Virus record (IMG/VR): IMGVR_UViG_3300037762_000131
Location: 1 to 56,382 of that record
Reading direction: 5' to 3' (one strand)
Source of the DNA: a virus
Lineage: Duplodnaviria; Caudoviricetes
Length of the DNA stretch: 56,382 nucleotides
Shown: positions 45,833 through 54,591 of the stretch, piece after piece
How the letters are laid out: the number at the start of each line of letters is the position of its first letter
Numbering within the stretch: position 1 is the stretch's first letter
Position numbers and translations under genes: made by a program
Notes under the pieces: model-generated
Databases searched by the model: none
The model's input: only the letters and a program-made list of their open reading frames with translations
What the model was told of the DNA's origin: nothing

Positions 45833-47005
45833 ATGGCGATCAGACACACGTTCGTCAGCGCGAAGGCCGACGGCGCCGACACCACGGTCGTGCAGCCGGG
45901 CGACTGGAACGCCGACCACGTCGTCGACGGCGACCCGGGCGTCCAGTACGTCAAAGCGTCGGGCGGCAACGACAGCAACAACGGGCGGTCGTGGGACACC
46001 GCGAAGGCGACGATCCAAGCGGCGGTCGACGCGTTGCCGAACAACTCACCGACCGGGATCTGGGGTGGGACGATCTATCTCGGGGCAGGCTGGTACAACT
46101 CCGAGCCGGTGGAGATCACCAAGCCTGGGGTGTTCATCGTCGGCGCGAGCGAGATGGCGACCAAGATCTCTGTCGCCGCTGGCCATGGGTACGCGTTCCA
46201 TTGGAACGGCAACTTCATCGGCGGCGGCGCCCGCAACATCCGGATCGTGTCCGGGTCGTCGACCACCAGCCACGGCGGCATCCTCGTCGACACCACCGAG
46301 AAACTCATCTTCGAGAATCTGGTGTTCCAGTCGTTCGGCGGCGGCGTCGCGCAGTCCACGTCGTTCGACGTCGACGCGGGCCCGTACGGGTCGAAGATCC
46401 GCGGCGACAACTCCGCAGCGTTCGCGGACTGGATCACGTTCCTGAACTGCGAATGGTTCGCCTGCTACCGCGGGTTCGTCAACGCCGGCGGCGGCGCCGG
46501 CGCGACCATCCTCGGCGGGTTCATGCGCGACATGCGCCACGAGGCCGTCTACTGCAAACGGCAGGTCCGCGCGGGCGGCGGCGGCGGCAGCGCTGCGGCG
46601 GCGGGCGCGGACATCATCGGCGTCTACATGAAAGCGACATTCGGGACCGTCGGGAACTACCTGATCCGCATCGAGAACGACCCGGCGATGGGGTCGAACA
46701 ACGACACCGACGCCGAGATTCTGGGTTGTAAGACTGAAGTGATCTCGAGCGACACCGGCCATCACATCCTGCTCGACGCAGGAGGCAACTACGTGATTGG
46801 CCACAAGTTCCTGAATGGCGCCGCCGAAGGTGGCGGCACCGCCGACGCGGTGTTCTTCGGCGCCAACTCCGACAACAACGTGATTGGCCCGCACCTTCTG
46901 TCGGGCAACCCGAAGCAGTTCCGGGCTGCGAACTCGACGATCGCAACCGCAAGCGGCAACGTCGTGTGGCAGCCGTCCGACTACACCCGCACGATCGTGG
47001 TCTGA
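45833..47005 (+). CDS. Beta-helix (pectin-lyase-like) receptor-binding protein
   Basis: YVKASGGNDSNNGRSWDTAKATIQAAVDAL..GTIYLGAGWY cap motif. Confidence 0.78.
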   Translation: MAIRHTFVSAKADGADTTVVQPGDWNADHVVDGDPGVQYVKASGGNDSNNGRSWDTAKATIQAAVDALPNNSPTGIWGGTIYLGAGWYNSEPVEITKPGVFIVGASEMATKISVAAGHGYAFHWNGNFIGGGARNIRIVSGSSTTSHGGILVDTTEKLIFENLVFQSFGGGVAQSTSFDVDAGPYGSKIRGDNSAAFADWITFLNCEWFACYRGFVNAGGGAGATILGGFMRDMRHEAVYCKRQVRAGGGGGSAAAAGADIIGVYMKATFGTVGNYLIRIENDPAMGSNNDTDAEILGCKTEVISSDTGHHILLDAGGNYVIGHKFLNGAAEGGGTADAVFFGANSDNNVIGPHLLSGNPKQFRAANSTIATASGNVVWQPSDYTRTIVV

Positions 47006-47006
47006 C

Positions 47007-48119
47007 ATGGCGACGTGGCTGGAATCGACGGGGCAGACGTACATCGCGCGGGCGCCTGACTCGGCGGCGTTGTCGATCGTCGGCGACATCGACCTGCGGA
47101 TGGTCGCGAAGGCCGTCGACTGGACACCGACGGTCGACGGCAGGTTCTTCGCGAAACGCACCAGCCTCGACGCGTCACAGCACGAGTGGCATTTCACGAA
47201 CCTGTCGGGCGCGACCCGGCGGTTGGACTTCGGGTGGCGGAACGCCGCCGCGACGCTGCTTTCTCATCAGATGACGGGTGTGCATTCCGGTGTCGACGGG
47301 GAGTGGCTATCGGTTCGCGTGACGCTCGACGTCGACGACGGCGCGGGCAACCGGGTGTGCACGTTCTACGAGAAGGCCGCGGCCGGCCCCGACGCCGATA
47401 TCGACACGAGCACCGGGTGGACGCAGCTGCAGCAGTTCACGGTGGCGGGGACCACCGACATCCGCGGGACGGTCGCGACGTTCGTGGAGATCGGGTCGGA
47501 GAACAACGGCGTCGGCGGCCGGTTCGTCGGCGGCGTAGGGCGCGGGCAGATCCGCGACGGGATCAACGGCACCGTCGTCGCGTCGCCGGACTTCACCGCA
47601 CTGACGGCCGGCGCCACGTCGTACACGGACACGCAGGGCAACGTGTGGACGTTCGGCACCAGCGGCATCACGATCGGCGAGGAGGCGCAGATCGCCCGGC
47701 CCGCCGTTGACGTGTCTGTCGGGTCGTGGTTGACGCACACGGGTGCGTCGACGAACCTGTTCGCCACGATCGACGAGGCATCCCCGGACGATTCGGATTA
47801 CATTCGGTCGCCGACCGACCCGGTCAACGCGCCGGTCGTTGTGAAGCTCGGGCCGTTGACCGACCCGGCGATCTCGACGGGGCATATCTTCCGTTACCGC
47901 TACGGGAAATCCGGGTCCGCGACGATCGACATCGTCGCGCAGCTGCGGCAGGGCTACACCAACGAGGGGTCGCCGGGGACGTTGATCGCGTCGGCGACGC
48001 ACACGAACGTATCGGCGACGCTGACCACCGCCGCGTTGACGTTGACCGGCGGCGAGGCGGACGCGATCACGAACTACGGGGATCTGTACCTGCGGTTCGT
48101 GGCGAACAAGACCGCCTGA
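47007..48119 (+). CDS. LamG-like domain plus C-terminal shared docking domain
   Basis: PDSAALSIVGDIDLR..; C-terminal RPxxDVSVGSW..IDE..DLYLRF domain. Confidence 0.75.
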   Translation: MATWLESTGQTYIARAPDSAALSIVGDIDLRMVAKAVDWTPTVDGRFFAKRTSLDASQHEWHFTNLSGATRRLDFGWRNAAATLLSHQMTGVHSGVDGEWLSVRVTLDVDDGAGNRVCTFYEKAAAGPDADIDTSTGWTQLQQFTVAGTTDIRGTVATFVEIGSENNGVGGRFVGGVGRGQIRDGINGTVVASPDFTALTAGATSYTDTQGNVWTFGTSGITIGEEAQIARPAVDVSVGSWLTHTGASTNLFATIDEASPDDSDYIRSPTDPVNAPVVVKLGPLTDPAISTGHIFRYRYGKSGSATIDIVAQLRQGYTNEGSPGTLIASATHTNVSATLTTAALTLTGGEADAITNYGDLYLRFVANKTA

Positions 48120-48138
48120 CCCGATCGGAGGTGCTGCG

Positions 48139-48534
48139 GTGCTGCCGATCGCTGCGCGACGCATCGACTACGTCGACGGTACGTCCGACGAGACGTCGGG
48201 TGTGCCCGCCCGCAAGACGGGCGTCCGCGGGGTCATCTACTGGCACAACGAGCCGTACCGCACGTTCGACTACGGCAACGACACCTACGTCCTCGACGCC
48301 GGCGGCGAGATCGCGGGCGAGACCGAGTCCGACGAGACCCACGAGACGTGGCGGCAAGGTATCCACGGGGAGGCGCACAAGAACAAGCCGCCCTACGCGC
48401 GGGTCGCGTGGGCGCAGATGCAGGTGACGGCGCCGACGGCGGTGCAGGCGATCGTCACGTGGGCGCAGCTGGAGATCAATCAGGGCTCGGGGCATGCGCG
48501 GGTGACGTGGGCGGCGTTTGAGCCGGGTCCATGA
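48139..48534 (+). CDS. Linker protein with three (A)RVxWAx motifs
   Basis: YARVAWAQMQ, AIVTWAQLE, HARVTWAAFE. Confidence 0.7.
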   Translation: MLPIAARRIDYVDGTSDETSGVPARKTGVRGVIYWHNEPYRTFDYGNDTYVLDAGGEIAGETESDETHETWRQGIHGEAHKNKPPYARVAWAQMQVTAPTAVQAIVTWAQLEINQGSGHARVTWAAFEPGP

Positions 48535-49688
48535 CCACCACCTACGTCCTCGGGCCGACCAACTCGGACATCACCGGCCAGACCGGCGACTTCTCCAAGC
48601 AGCTGGACGACACGGCGGTGGGCGCGTCGACGTTGACGTGGACGAAACCAGGAAACGGCACTGAGCAGATCTGGGGGGTCTCGCAGGCCGGTGTGCCTGG
48701 TGCGCAAGGTGTCACCGGCGACTACAACCCCATCGAGTTCAACATCATCACCGGCATCGACGCTTCGTCGACGGTGCGGGTCGCGCTCCGGCGGATCAAC
48801 GCGGCTGGAGCCGCGCAGGCGACGTCGCCGTTCACCGCGACGCAGCTCGCCACCGCCGGGCTGAAGACGTTCACACACCCGACCGTCACGCTGGGCACGT
48901 GGGCGGCGGGCGACCGGCTGGTCGTGATCTACGAGTGGGCTGGCGGCAGCACGATGTCCAGTCCGGTGTCCATCCAGTTCGAGGTCGGGTCGACGTCGGC
49001 GGAGGTTGTCGCGCCGTGGACGATCATCCCGCCGGTCTCCGGCACCCTGGGCGTGACGCAGGCCGGCGACACGCTCGCGGCGGCTGGCGCGCTCGGGTAC
49101 AGCGGGTCGCTCGCCGCTGCACAGGCTGGGGACACGTTGGCGGCGTCGGGGACGAGCGCCGCTGGAGGCGTCTCCGGCACACTCTCAGTAACCCAGGCGT
49201 CGCAGACGTTGGTGGCGGCGGGGACGAGCGGGGAACCGCAGCTCATCCGACCTACGTCCGACCGGCTGGTGGGGGCGTGGACGACCGACACCGGCGCCGC
49301 CAGCAACCTGTTCTCGGCGGTCGATGAGGCGGTCGCGTCGTTCGCTGACCACATCCGCTCCGAAAACAACCCGACCGCGTCGCCGGTGGCGGTCCGACTC
49401 GCCGCCTTGACCGAACCCGCCGGCGCCGTGTCTGACGGCGACGTCCAAGTCCGCGTCCAATACGACAAAGAAGGCGCCGCCACCGCGACCCTGATCATGC
49501 AGCTCCGGCAGGGCTACGTGTCCGAAGGATCCCCGGGAACGCTCATCGCGTCGGTTACTGACAGCAACGTGACCGACGCCGCTGAGGACGGCGTGATCTC
49601 GCTGACCGCCGTCGAGCACGACGCGATCGTCTACACCGGCGGCGTCGCCTCTGATCTCGACGTCCGCCTCGTCGCAGGCGTGACCTGA
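48531..49688 (+). CDS. Virion fibre branch protein: beta domain, 3 TQA repeats, shared docking domain
   Basis: GTLxVTQAxxTLAAxG x3; RPTSD..VGAW..VDEA..DLDVRL. Confidence 0.75.
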   Translation: MTTTYVLGPTNSDITGQTGDFSKQLDDTAVGASTLTWTKPGNGTEQIWGVSQAGVPGAQGVTGDYNPIEFNIITGIDASSTVRVALRRINAAGAAQATSPFTATQLATAGLKTFTHPTVTLGTWAAGDRLVVIYEWAGGSTMSSPVSIQFEVGSTSAEVVAPWTIIPPVSGTLGVTQAGDTLAAAGALGYSGSLAAAQAGDTLAASGTSAAGGVSGTLSVTQASQTLVAAGTSGEPQLIRPTSDRLVGAWTTDTGAASNLFSAVDEAVASFADHIRSENNPTASPVAVRLAALTEPAGAVSDGDVQVRVQYDKEGAATATLIMQLRQGYVSEGSPGTLIASVTDSNVTDAAEDGVISLTAVEHDAIVYTGGVASDLDVRLVAGVT

Positions 49689-51574
49689 TGACCCAGTTCG
49701 CGCGCCCCGACTCCGACGTCACCGTCGGCTCATGGACGACCGCGCCGCTGTTCCAAGCGATCGACGAGGCGGTCGCGTCCGACGCCGACTTCATCTCGTC
49801 GAACAACAACATCAACGAGACCGTCGAGGTCGGCCTCTCCGACGTCGGCGACCCCGCCGTCTCCACCAACCATGTCGTCCGCTACCGCTACCGCAAGTCG
49901 GCGTCGGCGGGGAACTCCCGCACCATCCAAGTGCAGTTGGTGCAGGGCGCCACGATCGTCGCCACCGGCACACTGCATACGCCGACGGACGCGACGTGGC
50001 TGGCGGGAACCTTCACCCTCACCGGTCCTGAGGCCGACGCGGTCACCGACTACGCCGACCTGCGGCTGCGGTTCATCGCGGGCGGCACCACCGGCGGGTC
50101 CGGCGGCAACCGCCGCAGCGTCGAGATCTCGTGGGCCGAACTCGAAACCCCCAACGCGGTCACGACCGGGACGCTCGCGGTCACCCAAGCGGACCAGACG
50201 CTGGCGGCATCCGGGACGGCTCCGACCGTCGGCGAAGCCAGGGTCACGTGGGCTGAGCTCGAGACGCCCGCCGCCACGGGGATCAGCGGCACGCTCGCGG
50301 TCACCCAAGCGGACGACACGCTCGCGGCTGGTGGGACGGTCACAGAGCCGCCGGTCTCCGGCGCCCTCGCCGTCACCCAGGCCGACCAGACAATCGCCGC
50401 TGCGGGGCAGTTGGGCGCGTCTGGGACCCTCTCAGCCACCCAAGCCGGCCAGACGCTCGCGGCGTCCGGGACGATTAGCGGCCCGGCGGTCACCTATGTG
50501 CGGGTGTCGCAGATCTACCTGCAGGCCCCCGCAGGCGCCGAAACCGGCGGCGTCACTGGCACCCTCGCAGTAACTCAGGCGAACCAGACGCTCGCCGCGA
50601 CGGGCGTCCAGCAGTACACCGGCACGTTGGCGGTCGCGCAGGACGACCAGACTCTGGCGGCGGCCGGCGCGACCATCACCGGCATCCTCGGCGGCCCCAC
50701 ATTCCAAGCCGACGCGTTCCAAACCGACGCGTTCCAAGGCCCCCTCGTCAACCAAGCCGACCAGACCCTCGCCGCGTCGGGGACCGTCACAAGCCTCGGC
50801 TTCTCCGGCTCACTCGCCGAAACGCAGGACAACCAGACGCTCGCCGCGTCCGGGCAGCTGCGCTACACCGGAACTCTCGCCGTCGCACAGGTCGGTCAGA
50901 CGCTGGCGGCGGCAGGCACATCCACGCCGCCAGGTGTGTCGGGCTCACTCGCGCAAACCCAAGCCGGCCAGACGTTGGCCGCGTCCGGCACGGTCACGTC
51001 GCTTGGGATCGCCGGGAACCTCGCGGTCACCCAAGCCGGCCAGACCTTGGCGGCAGCCGGTGTGCTCCGCTACACCGGCACCCTCGCACAAATCCAGCAA
51101 GCGCAGACGCTGGCGGCGGCCGGGTGGATCCGCGTCACCGGCACCCTCGCCGTGACGCAGGCCGCACAAACGCTCGCGGCCTCCGGCGGGACAGCGCAGC
51201 ACATCGGCACCCTCGCTGCCACCCAAGCCGCACAGACCATCGCGGCGAGCGGCGTGCTCCGCTACACCGCCACGCTCGCTATCACCCAGGCGAACCAGAC
51301 GCTCACCGCCGCCGGCACCCTCCGTTACACCGGCACCGCCGCAGCAACCCAGGCGCCACAGACACTCGCCGCCGCCGGGATCGTCACCATCATCGGCATC
51401 GCCGGCAACCTGTCTGTCACCCAGCAGAATCAGACGCTCAACGCAGTCGGCGAACTGCCCGTCGCCACCGCCGCGCGGACCTACCGCATCCCCGGGCCGA
51501 ACGCATACCGGCCGTCTGGGCCGCAGCACATCTACCGGCCGGCCCGCCACGACCGCGTAACATCCCCACCATGA
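49688..51574 (+). CDS. Fibre scaffold protein: shared domain plus ~17 GTLAVTQAxQTLAAxG repeats
   Basis: Repeats counted in the translation. Confidence 0.82.
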   Translation: MTQFARPDSDVTVGSWTTAPLFQAIDEAVASDADFISSNNNINETVEVGLSDVGDPAVSTNHVVRYRYRKSASAGNSRTIQVQLVQGATIVATGTLHTPTDATWLAGTFTLTGPEADAVTDYADLRLRFIAGGTTGGSGGNRRSVEISWAELETPNAVTTGTLAVTQADQTLAASGTAPTVGEARVTWAELETPAATGISGTLAVTQADDTLAAGGTVTEPPVSGALAVTQADQTIAAAGQLGASGTLSATQAGQTLAASGTISGPAVTYVRVSQIYLQAPAGAETGGVTGTLAVTQANQTLAATGVQQYTGTLAVAQDDQTLAAAGATITGILGGPTFQADAFQTDAFQGPLVNQADQTLAASGTVTSLGFSGSLAETQDNQTLAASGQLRYTGTLAVAQVGQTLAAAGTSTPPGVSGSLAQTQAGQTLAASGTVTSLGIAGNLAVTQAGQTLAAAGVLRYTGTLAQIQQAQTLAAAGWIRVTGTLAVTQAAQTLAASGGTAQHIGTLAATQAAQTIAASGVLRYTATLAITQANQTLTAAGTLRYTGTAAATQAPQTLAAAGIVTIIGIAGNLSVTQQNQTLNAVGELPVATAARTYRIPGPNAYRPSGPQHIYRPARHDRVTSPP

Positions 51575-51843
51575 GCCGCATCCAGGTGAAAGACCCCGCC
51601 GACATCGACGACTTCGGATGGGACTTCACCGACCTGCTCAACACCGGCGAAACCATCGCCACGAAACAGATCCTCGCGCCAACCGGGGTCACCGCCGCCG
51701 CACCCACCGAAACCGGCGGGATCGTCACGTCGCGGGTATCCGGCGGGACGCTCGGCGCGAACTACGACGTGCCGTGCCGGGTGACGACGTCGACCGGGCG
51801 GACGCTGGACCGCGCACTGCGGCTGTACATCCGCGACCTGTAG
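51571..51843 (+). CDS. Putative fibre-tail adaptor (KDP..D..WD family)
   Basis: KDPADIDDFGWDF..L..GETI..SGGT.G..Y...CRVTTS.GRT.DR; family recalled from memory. Confidence 0.6.
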   Translation: MSRIQVKDPADIDDFGWDFTDLLNTGETIATKQILAPTGVTAAAPTETGGIVTSRVSGGTLGANYDVPCRVTTSTGRTLDRALRLYIRDL

Positions 51844-51940
51844 GTGCTGCTGCTCGAGGCCATGGAGCTGTGGCAGCTACTACATGATGCGTCGACGCTG
51901 GGGGATACTCACGGGCACACCCACTGAAAGGTTCGTGAAC

Positions 51941-52117
51941 ATGCGCAAGCTCGTTGCCACTGCCTTGACCGCCGCCGCTCTCCTGTTGTCCATGCTCGCC
52001 GGCCCCGCCGCTGCTGATCCGTCGTTCGGCCCAGGCAACGCTGATGGTGCGCCGTCGGACGCGCAGTCGAAGTGTCACCCGCCAGGGCAGACCGAGGATG
52101 TCCCCGGCTGCAAGTAG
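51941..52117 (+). CDS. Small secreted peptide (signal peptide + ~33-aa mature part with two Cys)
   Basis: GAAAGG RBS; MRK-hydrophobic core-PAAA cleavage motif. Confidence 0.7.
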   Translation: MRKLVATALTAAALLLSMLAGPAAADPSFGPGNADGAPSDAQSKCHPPGQTEDVPGCK

Positions 52118-52145
52118 ACTCGTAGCGTCCATGCGAGGATGCTGC

Positions 52146-52406
52146 TGCGTTGGTGGCTGGCGGGGATTCTGTCCCCGTCGCGCTGCTCGCCCATGAGATC
52201 GGCGGCCTGGGAGAGTCATGGAGCCCAGGCGGTCACCAACGCACTAAACTGACGGCGAATGGAGCCCTACCGGTAGGCGGTCTCCTGCCCGTTGGCCCTG
52301 AAAGCGGCCCGCGTTTGACGGCAGGCAGGGGCCGTCGCCACTACACCCCGCCGGAGCGTCTACTCCGGCCCGACGCCCCCCACACAGCCCCGTCGCGGGG
52401 GGCGTC
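52146..52406 (+). ncRNA. Candidate structured RNA upstream of the lysis genes (strand uncertain)
   Basis: Nested helices: 52146-55/52234-43 enclosing hairpins, 52276-89/52324-36, 52350-69, 52372-81/52397-406. Confidence 0.45.
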
Positions 52407-52494
52407 CTCTATCTCTGGCGCGTGTTCCCGCGTCGCACGCCCACCACAGGCGATACTTGACGCGCAACACCCGCACGCAACCAGGAGACCGGTC

Positions 52495-52809
52495 ATGACT
52501 GCAGCGAAGGCGATCGCCGCCGCGATCGGCGTTTTCGTCACCGCGCTGGCCGCAGCGCTGGCAGACGAGGTCCTCGACCTGTCAGAGGTCGGGCAGCTCG
52601 TCGCCGTGCTGATCACCGCCGTCGGCACGGTCGTCGCCGTCTACAAGGTCCCCAACCAACCGGCCGACACGGCGCCCGCTGAGAAGGTCCGCTACCCCAG
52701 CGACGGCGGATATGCCACGTCAGAGTTGCTGCTGTTGATCATCGCGGTATGTGTCGTGTTGGCGTTGCTGTTCGGGTGGGACATCCTCCGCATCGCCATC
52801 GCCGACTAA
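52495..52809 (+). CDS. Holin-like membrane protein
   Basis: AKAIAAAIG..VVAVYKVPN actinobacterial holin pattern plus a third TM; AGGAG RBS. Confidence 0.72.
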   Translation: MTAAKAIAAAIGVFVTALAAALADEVLDLSEVGQLVAVLITAVGTVVAVYKVPNQPADTAPAEKVRYPSDGGYATSELLLLIIAVCVVLALLFGWDILRIAIAD

Positions 52810-53096
52810 TGAACGCTGACCCGGACCGCGACGTCGAAGAGATCCCCATCGACGTCCCCGACGAACACGACCCACCCGGCGAAGGCGAACTCGACCCCGA
52901 CGACGACTACGTCGAAGGCACCACCCGCGAATGGATCGAATCCCTCCCCGACGAAGAACGCCCACCCGCGTTCCAGGACCCAGACTCGGCGCCCGCCGCG
53001 ACCTGTCCGAAGTGCGGCAAGCCGCTGCATGTCCGCCGCGAGGGTGCGAACGTAACTGTCCAAGCCTGCCCACGGATCCACCCGGGTGACCACTGA
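52809..53096 (+). CDS. Acidic protein with zinc ribbon
   Basis: TAATG/TGATG-coupled between holin and endolysin; CPKCG. Confidence 0.6.
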   Translation: MNADPDRDVEEIPIDVPDEHDPPGEGELDPDDDYVEGTTREWIESLPDEERPPAFQDPDSAPAATCPKCGKPLHVRREGANVTVQACPRIHPGDH

Positions 53097-54028
53097 TGGC
53101 GCTGCGACTCCAGCGCCGCTCCGCGTTCGGCTGGCCAGCGTCCGCCGCCGGAACCGCGAACCCCACACTCGGGATGGCCGTCCACTACGAAGGCTCCGAC
53201 ACCGGCATCGCCAACTTCTCGCACGCCGAATGCATTGACCACTGGCAGGACACGCGGCGGTTCCACATGAACACCCGCGGCTGGTTCGACATCGGCTATT
53301 CGTTCGGCGTTTGCCCCCACTACGTCCTCGAAGGCCGCGGCAAAGACAAGGCACAGGCCGCCCAGCCCGGCGGTAACACGACCTGGTACTCGTGCACGTT
53401 CATGACCGGCCCAGGAGAGCAGCCGCACCCCGGGCAGGTCGAGAACTTCCGGGCGTTACGCGCGTGGCTGATGGCCGACGACGTCGCCGCGGCGATCCGG
53501 CCGCACAGCTCGTTCGTCGCGACCGGCTGCCCCGGCGACGTGCTGCGGGCCATGATCAGCGACGGCACCATCATCCGCACGCCGACCCCAACCCCCAAGC
53601 CTGAGCCGCAGGAGGACCCGGACATGCTCGAGATCAGCACCGCCGACCGTGGCGACGGGCAGGGCGTCGCCGTCCGCGAAGCCTTGAACGACTGGCTGCG
53701 CGCGTGGAACCGCGTCAAGGACGCGCTCGCCGAACCCGCCAGCACATGGGAGTTGTTGCCGTTGCCCGACACCGTCGACAGCACAGTGGTCGCCCGCGTC
53801 GAGTACGTGTGCCGCAACGCCCGCGCCAAGTCGATACCGGACGGCGGTCTGAAGGGCGTGTCGTTCGCGCACCTCGATCTGGTCGCGATGGACTACGCGC
53901 GGATGGTCGAGCTGGCCAACCGCATCCACGATGGCAGCCACCACGAGATGATGGCGATGATGCAAGCGCAGGTCGACCGGTTGCTCGCCGCCGAACCGGA
54001 GCCGACCGAACCCACGCCGACATCATGA
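53096..54028 (+). CDS. Endolysin, N-acetylmuramoyl-L-alanine amidase (Amidase_2/PGRP-like)
   Basis: AVHY, HMNTRGWFDIGYSF, EGRG, PH..TGCPG. Confidence 0.88.
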   Translation: MALRLQRRSAFGWPASAAGTANPTLGMAVHYEGSDTGIANFSHAECIDHWQDTRRFHMNTRGWFDIGYSFGVCPHYVLEGRGKDKAQAAQPGGNTTWYSCTFMTGPGEQPHPGQVENFRALRAWLMADDVAAAIRPHSSFVATGCPGDVLRAMISDGTIIRTPTPTPKPEPQEDPDMLEISTADRGDGQGVAVREALNDWLRAWNRVKDALAEPASTWELLPLPDTVDSTVVARVEYVCRNARAKSIPDGGLKGVSFAHLDLVAMDYARMVELANRIHDGSHHEMMAMMQAQVDRLLAAEPEPTEPTPTS

Positions 54029-54294
54029 GCACGGTGGTCCGGTATGGAATGCAGCGGCCCGACTTGCTGCCCACGTGGTGGCAGCTGACCAACGGATTCG
54101 ACAGCGGGCACCCGACGTCGTTTCCAGCCAAAGAGGGCGAGGCCTATCCCGTTGCAGCGCGTGCTCGGGTGACTCGGGATGTGCCGTGCCCGACGTGTGA
54201 CGCCGAGCCCGGTGCGCCGTGCTACTGGGAGCCGCACCGCCGCATCGACCCCGACCGGTTGCACCGGCACCGTCTGATGCTGATCACGGAATAG
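54025..54294 (+). CDS. Small zinc-finger protein
   Basis: VPCPTCDAEPGAPC..HRHR. Confidence 0.6.
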   Translation: MSTVVRYGMQRPDLLPTWWQLTNGFDSGHPTSFPAKEGEAYPVAARARVTRDVPCPTCDAEPGAPCYWEPHRRIDPDRLHRHRLMLITE

Positions 54295-54302
54295 CCGTCG
54301 TC

Positions 54303-54533
54303 GTGAGCTACCTGTATCACTGTCAGATCTGCGACGTCCGTGGCACGTGGCGGGTGATGCGCACCGGCGACGTGATCACGGCGTGGGCCTGCGACGAGCA
54401 CCTGGCCGGCGTGTGCGATCTGCTGCAACGTCCTGGTGAGATCACGGAGTTGACGGTCACGTCGGCGGTCAAGTCGCGGGAGTGGCGTGAGATCACCGAC
54501 GCGCTCGACGCCGTCGCCCAGGAAGACATCTGA
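54303..54533 (+). CDS. Small zinc-binding protein
   Basis: CQIC..WACDEHL. Confidence 0.55.
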   Translation: MSYLYHCQICDVRGTWRVMRTGDVITAWACDEHLAGVCDLLQRPGEITELTVTSAVKSREWREITDALDAVAQEDI

Positions 54534-54591
54534 CGGGGCCATCGGCTGCGATAATTGGGGCTGGTAGGACAGGCTCAACGCATGTCGGGCG

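Noticed and set aside
37923-51843. Diversity-generating retroelement or invertible tail-fibre shufflon
   Set aside because: No reverse transcriptase, no adenine-specific TR/VR pair and no invertase with inverted crossover sites seen. Repeats are conserved at protein rather than DNA level.
52146-52243. tRNA gene
   Set aside because: Cloverleaf-like, but lacks the TTC T-loop, D-loop GG, a 7-nt anticodon loop and CCA.
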